This document shows, piece by piece, positions 29,558 through 38,744 of a stretch of 46,391 bases of DNA; positions within the stretch are counted from its first letter, which is position 1; each line of letters starts with the position of its first letter. The DNA is from Candidatus Methylomirabilia bacterium. Lineage in GTDB: Bacteria; Methylomirabilota; Methylomirabilia; Rokubacteriales; CSP1-6. The position numbers and the translations under genes were made by a program. The DNA lies in the NCBI GenBank assembly GCA_041497895.1, contig JBGQHJ010000019.1, positions 1 through 46,391 on the forward strand, read 5' to 3'. The notes under the pieces were generated by a model. That model had not been told where the DNA came from and ran no database searches. It was given only the letters and a program-made list of their open reading frames with translations.

Positions 29558-30400
29558 TCAGCCGTGCCGCAGTCGCGGGTCCAGGAAGTCCTGCAGCGCG
29601 TCGCCGAGGACGTTGAGCGACAGCACCACCCCGAAGATGGCCAGCCCGGGCAGCAACGCCACGTGCGGCCGCAGGATCACGAAGGTCCGCGCGGTGGCCA
29701 GCATGCTGCCCCAGTCCGCGGTGGGCGGCTGCGAGCCCAGGCCGAGGAAGCTGAGCCCGGCGGTGGCGAGGATCTTGGCCCCGACGTCGAGGCTCCACGC
29801 CACCACCACCGGCGCCAGCAGGTGGGGCAGCAGGTGGCGACGGAGGATCACCCGGTCGGGGCTCCCGAGCGCCCGCGCCGCCTCGACGAACTCGCGCTCG
29901 CGCAGCGAGAGCACCACGCCCCGCACCAGTCGCGCGTAGAGCGGAAAGCCCACGATCGCGATGGCCACCATCGCGTTGGTCAGGCCGGGGCCGAGGCCGG
30001 CCACGATGGCGATGGCGAGCAGGATGTAGGGGAACGCCATCAGGATGTCGGTCAGGCGCATCACGACCGTGTCCACGCGTCCGCCCCAGTAGCCGGCGTG
30101 CAGCCCGAGGAGCACGCCGACCAGCATGGAGGCGGTCGCGGTGGCGACCCCGGCCAGCAGCGAGATCCGCGCGCCCCACACCAGGCGGGCCAGCATGTCG
30201 CGCCCGAACTCGTCGGTGCCCAAGAGATGACCGGGACTGCCCGGCGGGCGCAGCCGGTTCGGGGTGTCGACCACGTCGGGATCGAGCAGCGGCAGGTACG
30301 GGGCCAGCAGCGCGGCGAGGCTGGCGGCCGCGATGACGAGGCCGGCGGCCAGCGCGAGCTGGTTGCGCGGGATGCGGGAGAGCAGGCGCGACGGGCTCAT
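29558..30400 (-). CDS. ABC peptide transporter permease (DppC/OppC-like)
   Basis: LGTDEFGRD, EAA loop EFVEAARALG and LSFLGLG. Start ATG 30400 overlaps the upstream stop. Confidence 0.92.
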   Translation of the reverse strand: MSPSRLLSRIPRNQLALAAGLVIAAASLAALLAPYLPLLDPDVVDTPNRLRPPGSPGHLLGTDEFGRDMLARLVWGARISLLAGVATATASMLVGVLLGLHAGYWGGRVDTVVMRLTDILMAFPYILLAIAIVAGLGPGLTNAMVAIAIVGFPLYARLVRGVVLSLREREFVEAARALGSPDRVILRRHLLPHLLAPVVVAWSLDVGAKILATAGLSFLGLGSQPPTADWGSMLATARTFVILRPHVALLPGLAIFGVVLSLNVLGDALQDFLDPRLRHG

Positions 30401-31347
30401 TCGTAGCGGATCCGGGGATCGAGGAAAGCGTAGAGCAGGTCGACGGCCAGGTTGAACAGGACGAACACCAGCGCGATCACCAGCACGCAGCCCTGCACGA
30501 GCGGGAAGTCGCGGGCCAGGATGCCCTGGATCATCAGGGTGCCGACGCCCGGCCACGCGAACACGGTCTCGGTGAGGACGGCCCCGCCCAGCAGGTAACC
30601 CGCCTGCACGCCCACCACCGTCACGGTGGGGATCAGTGCGTTGCGCAGCGCGTGGCGGAGCACCACCCCGCGCTCCACCAGGCCCTTGGCGCGGGCGGTG
30701 CGCACGAAATCCTGGCGCAGGATGTCGAGCATCGTGGAGCGGGTGAGGCGCGCGATGATGGTCATGGACGCGGCGGCCAGCGTGACTGCGGGCAGCGCCA
30801 GGTGGCTCAGGAGATCGCCGAGGCCGCCGGCGCCGCGCGCGCCGTACATGCCGGAGGCGGGGAGCCAGCCGAGCCAGAGCGAGAAGCACACCATGAGGAC
30901 GAGCCCGAGCCAGAAGCTCGGCATGCTCGCGCCGAAGATGGAGCCGAGGGTGCTGAGCCGGTCCACCAGGGACCGGGGCCGCGCGGCCGAGAGCACGCCG
31001 AGCGCGATGCCGCCCGCGGTGGAGAGGATGAGCGCGGTGGCGGCGAGGAGCAGGGTCGCGCGGAAGCGGATCAGCACCTCGCCGAGGACCGGCTGCCGCA
31101 TCCGGATGGAGCGGCCGAGATCGCCCTGGACCACGTGGGCCATCCAGCGCGCGTACTGCAGCGGCAACGGCTCGTCGAGCCCCAGGTCGGCGCGCAGGCG
31201 CGCGACGTCCTCCTGGGTCGCCTGCGAGCCCAGCATGATCTCGGCCGGATCGCCGGGGGCCAGGTGCAGGACGAGGAACACCACCACCGACACGCCCAGC
31301 AGCACCGGCACGAGCAGGATCAGGCGCCGGAGGAGATAGCGGCCCAC
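30397..31347 (-). CDS. ABC peptide transporter permease (DppB/OppB-like)
   Basis: PGDPA, TARAKGL, HALRNA, ETVFAWPG and DPRIRY. Confidence 0.93.
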   Translation of the reverse strand: MGRYLLRRLILLVPVLLGVSVVVFLVLHLAPGDPAEIMLGSQATQEDVARLRADLGLDEPLPLQYARWMAHVVQGDLGRSIRMRQPVLGEVLIRFRATLLLAATALILSTAGGIALGVLSAARPRSLVDRLSTLGSIFGASMPSFWLGLVLMVCFSLWLGWLPASGMYGARGAGGLGDLLSHLALPAVTLAAASMTIIARLTRSTMLDILRQDFVRTARAKGLVERGVVLRHALRNALIPTVTVVGVQAGYLLGGAVLTETVFAWPGVGTLMIQGILARDFPLVQGCVLVIALVFVLFNLAVDLLYAFLDPRIRYE

Positions 31348-31353
31348 CGGACG

Positions 31354-32916
31354 TTACTTGAGCGAGATCGTCTCCAGGCGCAGGTCGAAGCTCGGGTGGA
31401 GCTTGAAGCCCTGCACGCGCTTGCCGAAGGCCGCGGTCTGCACCTCGTGGTCGATGAAGATCCACGGCGGGTCGTCGTGGAGCAACCGCTGGGCCTCGCG
31501 GTAGAGCTGGGCGCGCTTGGCCTGGTCGGTGGTGAGCCGCGCCTGGGTCAGCACCTCGTCGAAGCGGGGGTTCTTGTACATGGCGCGGTTCGGCCCCGCC
31601 GGTGTCCACTGGCTCGAGTGCAGCAGCGGGTACATCACGAGGTCGGGGTCCTCCGAGCCCGCCATCCAGGACAGGGCGAACATGTCCTGCTCCTTGGTGC
31701 GCAGCTTGGCCAGGAAGGTGCCCCACTCCATGGTCTGGAGCGCCACGTTCACGCCCACCGCCTTGAGGTTCGACTGGATGATCGTGCTCATCGCCACCGG
31801 CGACTGCATCCCGGACCCCGACTCGGGCACCCACAGCGTGGTGGAGAAGCCGCTCGCGAGGCCGGCCTCGGCCAGGAGCTTCCGGGCGCGCGCCGGGTCG
31901 TAGGGGAAGGGCTTGATCGCGCCCTCGTCGCCCCAGGTGCCGGGCAGCACCGGGCCCTTGGAGACGGCCCCGGTGCCCTTGAGCACGTCGCGGACGATCG
32001 CCTCCTTGTCGACCGCGTAGTTGAGCGCCTGACGCACCCGCTTGTCGTCGAAGGGCTTCTTGCCGTTGTTGAAGCCGAGGTACCAGACGTGGGCGCCCAC
32101 CTGTCGCTGGAGCGTCACCTTCGGATTGTTCTCGAGATCGGCCACCGAGTCGGGCGGAGGGCTCACGATCAGGTCGACCGCGCCGGTGAGCAGCTCGGTG
32201 AGGCGAGCCTGGTCCTCGGTGACCGACCGGAAGATCACGCGGTCCACCTTGACCGGGAAGCGCCAGTAGGCCGGGTTCTTCTCGAGGACCACGCGCTGGC
32301 CGCGGTCCCACTGGACGAACTTGAACGGGCCGGTCCCGACCGGGGCCACCGCGTAGTCCTGGCCCGCCTTCATGGCCGCGGTGGGGCTCACGATCGAGGC
32401 CGCCCCCGCGGTGAGGACGGCCAGGAAGGACGCGCGCGCCTCCTTCAAGATGAACCGGACGGTGGCATCGTCCATGACCTCGACCGCCTTCACGTTGCCG
32501 AAGAAGTAGCCCGCGAAGGGATACTTGCCGAGCTTGTTCGCCGGATGCTCGGGGTTGATCTGCCGCTCGATGGAGAACTTCACCGCCTGGGCGTTGAACG
32601 GGGTGCCGTCGTGGAAGGCGATGCCCTTCCGGAGCTTGAAGGTGTAGGTGAGCCCGTCCTTCGAGATCGTCCAGGACTCGGCGAGGCCGGGGACGAGCTG
32701 GGTGGACTCCTCCGCGAAGGCCACCAGGGTCTCCACCACCCGACGGCCCACCCGGTTCGAGTTGAGGTCGGTGACCTGGGCCGGATCGAGCGCGACCGGC
32801 TCCGCGACCAGCCCGACCACTAGAGTGTTGGTGGGCTGACCATGAGACGGGCTCGCGCCCAGCAGGACGAGGACCGCCATCGCCGCACTCGACCACCACC
32901 GCCGTTCGAGTCTCAT
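31354..32916 (-). CDS. ABC peptide transporter substrate-binding protein (DppA-like)
   Basis: Signal peptide; LAESWTIS, FHDGTPFNA and PVGTGPFKF. Confidence 0.92.
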   Translation of the reverse strand: MRLERRWWSSAAMAVLVLLGASPSHGQPTNTLVVGLVAEPVALDPAQVTDLNSNRVGRRVVETLVAFAEESTQLVPGLAESWTISKDGLTYTFKLRKGIAFHDGTPFNAQAVKFSIERQINPEHPANKLGKYPFAGYFFGNVKAVEVMDDATVRFILKEARASFLAVLTAGAASIVSPTAAMKAGQDYAVAPVGTGPFKFVQWDRGQRVVLEKNPAYWRFPVKVDRVIFRSVTEDQARLTELLTGAVDLIVSPPPDSVADLENNPKVTLQRQVGAHVWYLGFNNGKKPFDDKRVRQALNYAVDKEAIVRDVLKGTGAVSKGPVLPGTWGDEGAIKPFPYDPARARKLLAEAGLASGFSTTLWVPESGSGMQSPVAMSTIIQSNLKAVGVNVALQTMEWGTFLAKLRTKEQDMFALSWMAGSEDPDLVMYPLLHSSQWTPAGPNRAMYKNPRFDEVLTQARLTTDQAKRAQLYREAQRLLHDDPPWIFIDHEVQTAAFGKRVQGFKLHPSFDLRLETISLK

Positions 32917-33006
32917 CGTCGTCGTCTCCTGAGCAGGGGGAGCAGGGGAAGCCGACGGCCGGAGCGGCCGCCGAGCGCGCCGAGTATAGCACCGGGCGTG
33001 GCGCTC

Positions 33007-33035
33007 TTGACATCGTGGGCGCCCCCACCTAGGGT
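33007..33035 (+). promoter_or_regulatory. Sigma-70-type promoter for the LLM pair
   Basis: TTGACA-17 nt-TAGGGT; AGGAG RBS follows. Confidence 0.55.
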
Positions 33036-33062
33036 GATGCCCGGCGAGCGAAAGGAGACCTC

Positions 33063-34058
33063 ATGGCCAAGCTCAAGTTCGGGGCGTGGATCCCCACCTA
33101 CGCGTGGAGCGGCAAGAAGACGGATCCGAAGAACATGCAGCGGATCCGCGAGTCGATCGTGAAGTGCGAGAAGTACGGTATCGACGTATGGGTGATCGAT
33201 CATCTCCTCTCCGCGCCCGGCCTGTACGGCAACGCCTGGCTCGAGCCGCTCTCCTCGCTCGCCTACGCGGCGGCGCTGACCTCGAAGGTGGACATCGCGA
33301 CCGGGATCCTCGTGCTGCCGGTGCGGCACCCGGTGCTGCTGGCCAAGGAGATCTCGACGCTCTGCCACCTCTCCAACAACCGTTACGTGTTCGGGGTGGG
33401 CCCCGGCTGGTACGCGCGCGAGTACGAGGTGACCGGCTCCCGCATCCAGGAGCGCGGCAAGCGGACCGACGAGATCATCGAGGCGGTGACCCTGCTGCTG
33501 ACCAGGCCGAACGCGAGCTACCACGGGAAGTTCTACCACTTCGACGACGTCACCATCGACCCGCGACCGCCCCGGATGCCGAAGATCTGGGTCTCCGGCG
33601 GCTCGCGGGTGCCGGACCCGGGCGAGCACGACGTGCCGGTCATCGCCACCACCGTGATGGACCGCATCGTGAAGGCGGGCAACTGGCTCTCTCGCTGCTC
33701 GGGCACCCAGGAGTGGGTCAAGCGGGACTGGGGGCTGCTGCTGCGGCACGCGAAGACCATGGGCCGCGATCCGAAGAAGCTCACCTTCGGCCACTGCAAC
33801 TTCATCCACCTGGTGGACACCCCGAGCCACGCCAAGGCGGTGGCCGCGTCGAAGACGCCCTTCATCAAGACCATGGGCACGCACCGGACCTACGAGCACC
33901 TGCAGGAGTCCTACATGATCGGGTCGATCGATCACATCAACACGCGCATCGACGACCTCGTGAAGGCCGGGCTCAAGTACCTGGTGCTGGGACCGGTGAC
34001 CGACGATCCGGCCCAGATCGATCTCCTGGCCAAGAAGGTGATGACCCACTTCAAGTAG
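33063..34058 (+). CDS. LLM-class (luciferase-like) flavin-dependent oxidoreductase
   Basis: VWVIDHL, LVLPVRHPVLLAKE and FGVGPGW. Confidence 0.88.
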   Translation: MAKLKFGAWIPTYAWSGKKTDPKNMQRIRESIVKCEKYGIDVWVIDHLLSAPGLYGNAWLEPLSSLAYAAALTSKVDIATGILVLPVRHPVLLAKEISTLCHLSNNRYVFGVGPGWYAREYEVTGSRIQERGKRTDEIIEAVTLLLTRPNASYHGKFYHFDDVTIDPRPPRMPKIWVSGGSRVPDPGEHDVPVIATTVMDRIVKAGNWLSRCSGTQEWVKRDWGLLLRHAKTMGRDPKKLTFGHCNFIHLVDTPSHAKAVAASKTPFIKTMGTHRTYEHLQESYMIGSIDHINTRIDDLVKAGLKYLVLGPVTDDPAQIDLLAKKVMTHFK

Positions 34059-34071
34059 CCGAGCCGCTCCG

Positions 34072-35007
34072 ATGCGATTCGGCTTCTACCTGCCCACGCG
34101 CGGCGCGACCGCCGCGCCGGAGGCGCTCGAGACGCTGGTCGAGCGCGGGGAGTCGCTCGGCTTCTCCTCGGTGGTCATCGCCGACCACATCGTGTTCCCG
34201 GTCACGATCAAGTCGAAGTATCCGTACACGGTCAGCGGCGCCTTTCCCGGCCACGGCGACGCTCTCGAGCAGCTCTCGCTCATGGCCTTCGTCGCGGGCA
34301 AATCGCGCCGACTGCGCCTGATCTCGAGCGTGATGATCCTGCCGCACCGCAACCCGGTGGTGACCGCCAAGATGCTCGCCACCATCGACGTGCTGTCCCG
34401 CGGGCGCGTCACGGTCGGCGTCGGCGTCGGCTGGCTGCGCGAGGAGTTCCAGGCGCTCGGCGCGCCCGACTTCGACCGGCGCGGCGCGGTGGGCGACGAG
34501 TACCTGCGCATCTTCAAGACCCTGTGGACGCAGGACCCCGCGTCGTTCCGCGGCGAGTTCTACCGCTTCGACGCCATCCGTTGCCTGCCGCATCCCACCC
34601 AGAAGCCGCATCCCCCGATCTGGATCGGCGGCCACAGCAAGGCCGCGCTGCGCCGGGTCGCCCGCCTCGGCGACGGCTGGCATCCGGTGGGCGCCAATCC
34701 CGCCATCCCGCTGCGCCCGGCCGAGCTGCGCGCCGAGCTCGACGACCTGCGCCGCCTGACCGAGGCGGAGCGCCGCGACTTCTCGACGCTCGCGATCTCA
34801 TACAAGGCGCCGATCTACGACCCGGGCCGGGGTGTGGACGGCGGCGCGGAGCGGCGGCCGTTCTCGGGCAGCCAGCAGGCGATCGCCGACGACATCGGGG
34901 CCTTCGCCGCGCTCGGGGTGAGCGAGCTGATCTTCGACTTCCGCGCCGAGACCCTCGGGGAGAGCCTCGAGCGGATGGAGCGTTTCGCCCCGCTGATCGC
35001 GTCCTAG
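34072..35007 (+). CDS. LLM-class oxidoreductase (Rv2161c-like, possibly F420-dependent)
   Basis: IADHIVFP, RNPVVTAKMLATIDVLSRGR, GVGVGWLREEF and PPIWIGG. Confidence 0.88.
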   Translation: MRFGFYLPTRGATAAPEALETLVERGESLGFSSVVIADHIVFPVTIKSKYPYTVSGAFPGHGDALEQLSLMAFVAGKSRRLRLISSVMILPHRNPVVTAKMLATIDVLSRGRVTVGVGVGWLREEFQALGAPDFDRRGAVGDEYLRIFKTLWTQDPASFRGEFYRFDAIRCLPHPTQKPHPPIWIGGHSKAALRRVARLGDGWHPVGANPAIPLRPAELRAELDDLRRLTEAERRDFSTLAISYKAPIYDPGRGVDGGAERRPFSGSQQAIADDIGAFAALGVSELIFDFRAETLGESLERMERFAPLIAS

Positions 35008-35861
35008 GCCCGCGGATCCAGCAGGTCCCGCAGCCCGTCCCCGAGCAGGTTCGCGCCGAGCACGACCAGCGAGATTGCGAGTCCGGGGATCGTCGCGAGC
35101 CACCACGCGTTCGACAGGTAGTCCCGCCCCTCGGCGAGCATGAGGCCCCACGAGGGCCGGGGCGCCTGGATGCCCATGCCGAGGAAGCTCAGCCCGGACT
35201 CGAGCAGCACCATGGTGGCGAACTGGCTCGAGCCGATCACCAGGATCGGGGCGATGGTGTTGGGCAGGATGTGGCGGGCGACGATCCGGAGGTCGCTCGC
35301 CCCCAGCGTGTAGGCGGCCTCCACGTACTCCAGGCGCCGGATGGTGAGCACGCTCGCGCGCACCGTGCGCGCGTAGAGCACCCACCCGCTCAGGGCGAGC
35401 ACGCCGACCAGCGCGGCCGGGCTCGTGCCCACCACCGCCACGATCACGATCGCGAGCATGATGACCGGGAACGCGAGCTGCACGTCGGCCGCGCGCATCA
35501 GGAACGAGTCGAGCCGCTCGCCGCCCGAGCCCGCCACCAGGCCCACCAGGATGCCCACGAGGGCGGCGATGAGCACCGAGGCCGCGGCGAGGGACAGCGA
35601 GATGCGCCCGCCGTGGAGCAGGCGCGCGAGGATGTCGCGTCCCAGGTTGTCGGTGCCGAGCACGTGCGCCGGGGTGCCGCCGAGGCCCCACGGCGGCGCG
35701 AGGCGCCGGCTGAAGGAGGGCTTCACCGGATCGCTCGCGACGAGCAGCGGCGCCAGCACGCTCGCCAGGACCGCGACGGCCAGGAGCACGCCGCCCACCA
35801 GCGCGGTCGGGCTCGGGCGACCGGCGCGCGGGGTCCGGTCCGCGGCGACGGGCGTGTTCAC
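35004..35861 (-). CDS. ABC peptide transporter permease (DppC-like)
   Basis: LGTDNLGRD, EYVEAAYTLG and LSFLGMG. Start GTG 35861 overlaps the upstream stop. Confidence 0.92.
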   Translation of the reverse strand: MNTPVAADRTPRAGRPSPTALVGGVLLAVAVLASVLAPLLVASDPVKPSFSRRLAPPWGLGGTPAHVLGTDNLGRDILARLLHGGRISLSLAAASVLIAALVGILVGLVAGSGGERLDSFLMRAADVQLAFPVIMLAIVIVAVVGTSPAALVGVLALSGWVLYARTVRASVLTIRRLEYVEAAYTLGASDLRIVARHILPNTIAPILVIGSSQFATMVLLESGLSFLGMGIQAPRPSWGLMLAEGRDYLSNAWWLATIPGLAISLVVLGANLLGDGLRDLLDPRA

Positions 35862-36778
35862 GAGTAGCGGATCCGGGGGTCGATCACGGTATAGAGCAGG
35901 TCGACCAGCAGGTTGATCACCACGAAGATGGTGGCGGAGAGGATGAGCACCGTCTGCACCACCGGGAAGTCGCGGAAGAAGATCGCGTCCACCACCAGCT
36001 TGCCCATGCCGGGCCACGCGAACACCGACTCGGTGATCACCGCGCCGCCCAGCAAGGTGCCGATCTGCAGCCCCAGCACGGTCAGCAGCGGGACCGCCGC
36101 GTTGCGCAGCGCGTGCCGCAGGATGACCGCGCGCTCGGCCAGGCCCTTGGCGCGGCCGGTGCGGATGAAGTCGCGCCCGAGGATCTCGAGCATGCTCGAG
36201 CGGGTGAGGCGGGCCACCAGCGCCATCGGGAACGCGGCGAGGGTCACCGCGGGCAGGATCAGGTGGCGCCAGCTCTCGAAGCCCGAGGTGGGCAGCCACC
36301 GCAGCGCGACCCCGAAGAGCAGGATCAGCATGATGCCGAGCCAGAAGTTGGGCAGCGACTGGCCGAGGACCGCGAGCACGGTGCTGGCGTAGTCGTAGCG
36401 AGTGCCGCGGCGCACCGCGGCCACGATGCCGAGCGAGACGCCGACCGATACCGTGATCAGCAGGGCGGCGAGGGCGAGCTGCACGGTGGCGGCGAGGCGC
36501 TCGGTGACCACCTGGAGGGCGGGCGCGCGGTACTGGAACGACTGGCCGAAGTCGCCCCGGAAGACGCTTCGGAGGAAGAGCGCGTACTGCACGTGGAGCG
36601 GCTCGTGCAGGCCGAGCTGGCGGTTGAGCTCGTCGACCGCGGACTGGGGCGCTCCATCGGGCAGGAGCATCTTGGCCGGGTCGCCGGGCAGGACCCGGAG
36701 GATGACGAACACCAGCACCGACACGCCGGCCAGGGTGAGGGCGGACTGCCACAGCCGGCGGAGGACGTAGGCCCTCAC
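35858..36778 (-). CDS. ABC peptide transporter permease (DppB-like)
   Basis: PGDPA, RAKGL, HALRNA, ESVFAWPG and DPRIRY. Confidence 0.93.
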   Translation of the reverse strand: MRAYVLRRLWQSALTLAGVSVLVFVILRVLPGDPAKMLLPDGAPQSAVDELNRQLGLHEPLHVQYALFLRSVFRGDFGQSFQYRAPALQVVTERLAATVQLALAALLITVSVGVSLGIVAAVRRGTRYDYASTVLAVLGQSLPNFWLGIMLILLFGVALRWLPTSGFESWRHLILPAVTLAAFPMALVARLTRSSMLEILGRDFIRTGRAKGLAERAVILRHALRNAAVPLLTVLGLQIGTLLGGAVITESVFAWPGMGKLVVDAIFFRDFPVVQTVLILSATIFVVINLLVDLLYTVIDPRIRYS

Positions 36779-36811
36779 CGCCCGCCGCCCCGCGGCGCGC
36801 GCGTCACCGGG

Positions 36812-38347
36812 CTACGCGATCGCGACGTCGCTCAGCAGGACGTAGTAGTCGCGGCGCGGCTCGAAGTTCCGCAGGCGGTCGCTTACGCCGTAGATGGCCA
36901 CCGTGTAGCAGAGCCAGATCTCGGGCTCCTCGTCCCACAGGATGCGCTCGAGCTCCTCGTACTTCGCCTGGCGCACCTTGGGATCCGGCACCCGGCCCTC
37001 CGCGATGAGCTGCTCCACCCGCGGGTTGTTGTAGCGGGTCAGCTTCTCGGACCCGGCCTTGGTGAACCACTGGCCGAAGTACCAGTCGGGGTCGTGCGGC
37101 ATGTGGGCCCAGCCGGAGTAGAACATGTCGTAGGTCCCGGCGCTGCGCTGCTCGCGGGCGGTGGCGATCTCCAGGTTCTTGATGTTGACCTTGATGCCGA
37201 CGTCGCCGAGCATCGCGGCCACCGCCTGGGCGATCTCGAGCTGCTTGGGATAGAAGTCCTTCATCAGCACGAAGTCGATCGACACGTCCTTGTAGCCCGC
37301 CTGCTTGAGGATCTGGCGCGCCTTCTCCGGGTCGTAGACCTTGGCCGGCAGGGTCGTGTGGCCGATCAGACCCGGCGGCACCGGGCTGTCCACCGGGCGC
37401 CCGTAGCCCAGCAGCAGCTCCTTGATGATCACGTTGCGGTCGATGGCGAGCGAGATGGCCTGCCGCAGTCGCTGGTCCTTCACCGGCTCCTTGGCGAGCT
37501 GGAAGACCCACCGCTGGGCCTCCACCGCGGGCACGTCGTAGACCTTCACGCCCCGGCTGCCCTTGAGCGTCTCGACCAGGTCGGGAGTGACCCGGTCGAT
37601 GACGTGGATCTCGCCCGCCCGGAGGGCGGCCGAGCGGGTGGACAGCTCGGGGATGAAGCGGAAGGTGAGCTTCTCGACTCGCGGCTGGGCCGGCTTCCAG
37701 TAGCTCGGATTGGCCGACAGCACGATGTGGTCGCCGTGCGTCCACGACACGAAGCGGAACGGCCCGGTGCCGATCGGCTTCTGGAAGAACGCGTCCTCGT
37801 TCTTTCCCGCGCCGGGCGGCAGCATGCCGAGCATGGTGAGATGCGCCGGTAAGGACCCGAAGGGGCGCTTGGAGGTAACGACCACGGCAAAATCCCCGTC
37901 CTTCTCGACCGATTCGATGTCCTGGTAGACGAAGGACTTGATCAGCTTGGTGTCGTCCTTCACACGCCGGAGCGTGTAGAGCACGCTGTCCGCGTTGAAC
38001 GGGGTGCCGTCGTGGAAGCTGACCCCCTTGCGGAGCGTGAAGCGCCAGGTGGTGTTGTTCACCGCGCGCCACGACTCGGCGAGGGCGGGCACGAACTTCG
38101 AGTCGTTGGTGACGTCCACCAGCGGATCGAACATGTGGCGGTGTACCGACGTGGAGGAGATCGAGTAGTGGTTGGCCGGATCGAGGGTGAGCATGCGCTC
38201 GGAGAGGCCGGCCACCAGCTCGCCGCTCCGTTTGCCCTGCGCGCGGGCCGGCGCCAGCGGAAGGCCGGCGGCGGCCAGGCCGGCCGCGCTCAGGGTCAGG
38301 AACTGCCGTCGGCCGACGGATCGGGATGCTGCCGAGCTCTCGCGCAT
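36812..38347 (-). CDS. ABC peptide transporter substrate-binding protein, Tat signal
   Basis: GRRQFL Tat motif; FHDGTPFNA and PIGTGPF. Confidence 0.92.
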   Translation of the reverse strand: MRESSAASRSVGRRQFLTLSAAGLAAAGLPLAPARAQGKRSGELVAGLSERMLTLDPANHYSISSTSVHRHMFDPLVDVTNDSKFVPALAESWRAVNNTTWRFTLRKGVSFHDGTPFNADSVLYTLRRVKDDTKLIKSFVYQDIESVEKDGDFAVVVTSKRPFGSLPAHLTMLGMLPPGAGKNEDAFFQKPIGTGPFRFVSWTHGDHIVLSANPSYWKPAQPRVEKLTFRFIPELSTRSAALRAGEIHVIDRVTPDLVETLKGSRGVKVYDVPAVEAQRWVFQLAKEPVKDQRLRQAISLAIDRNVIIKELLLGYGRPVDSPVPPGLIGHTTLPAKVYDPEKARQILKQAGYKDVSIDFVLMKDFYPKQLEIAQAVAAMLGDVGIKVNIKNLEIATAREQRSAGTYDMFYSGWAHMPHDPDWYFGQWFTKAGSEKLTRYNNPRVEQLIAEGRVPDPKVRQAKYEELERILWDEEPEIWLCYTVAIYGVSDRLRNFEPRRDYYVLLSDVAIA

Positions 38348-38429
38348 GGGTCACTCCTCCTGTGGGCCTGGGTGTATGCCATCGCCCGGCTCGCTGTCAA
38401 GGCCGGGCCGCCGCGACGGCGCCGATGTG

Positions 38430-38458
38430 TTGCTCTCGCGCGCGGACCCGTCTACTCT
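38430..38458 (+). promoter_or_regulatory. Sigma-70-type promoter for the amidase operon
   Basis: TTGCTC-17 nt-TACTCT. Confidence 0.45.
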
Positions 38459-38487
38459 ATGGCCCGTCGCTCACAAGGAGATTCGCC

Positions 38488-38700
38488 ATGCCCGAGCTGC
38501 CCCCTGACGTCACGCTGGACGAGGTGAAGGAGCGCGCGCGCCTCGCCGGGCTCCCCATTCCGGCGGCCCGCCTGTCCATGGTGCGCGGCTTCCTCGCGAA
38601 CGCGCTGCGGCCGATCCGCGCGCTCGACAGCCGCACCGTGCGGACCGTCGAGCCGGCGGTGACGTTCGACGCGAAGGGCGGGGCGGCGGCGCCGCGATGA
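38488..38700 (+). CDS. Small GatC/AtzG-like amidase partner subunit (70 aa)
   Basis: AAGGAG RBS; ARLAGLPI...EPAVTF pattern; immediately upstream of an amidase. Confidence 0.65.
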   Translation: MPELPPDVTLDEVKERARLAGLPIPAARLSMVRGFLANALRPIRALDSRTVRTVEPAVTFDAKGGAAAPR

Positions 38701-38744
38701 GCGCCCGGGAACCGGGCGCATCCCCGTTGGAGGTCGCGCAATGA
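38697..38744 (+). CDS. Possible 15-aa bridging mini-ORF (MSAREPGASPLEVAQ)
   Basis: ATGA overlaps at both ends (with the upstream stop and the amidase start). Confidence 0.3.
   Translation: MSAREPGASPLEVAQ

Noticed and set aside
29558..33028. 1156-aa minus-strand ORF
   Set aside because: Only the last 280 aa (DppC-like) is real; the upstream part is an Arg/Pro/Gly-rich off-frame read of dppB and the binding-protein gene.
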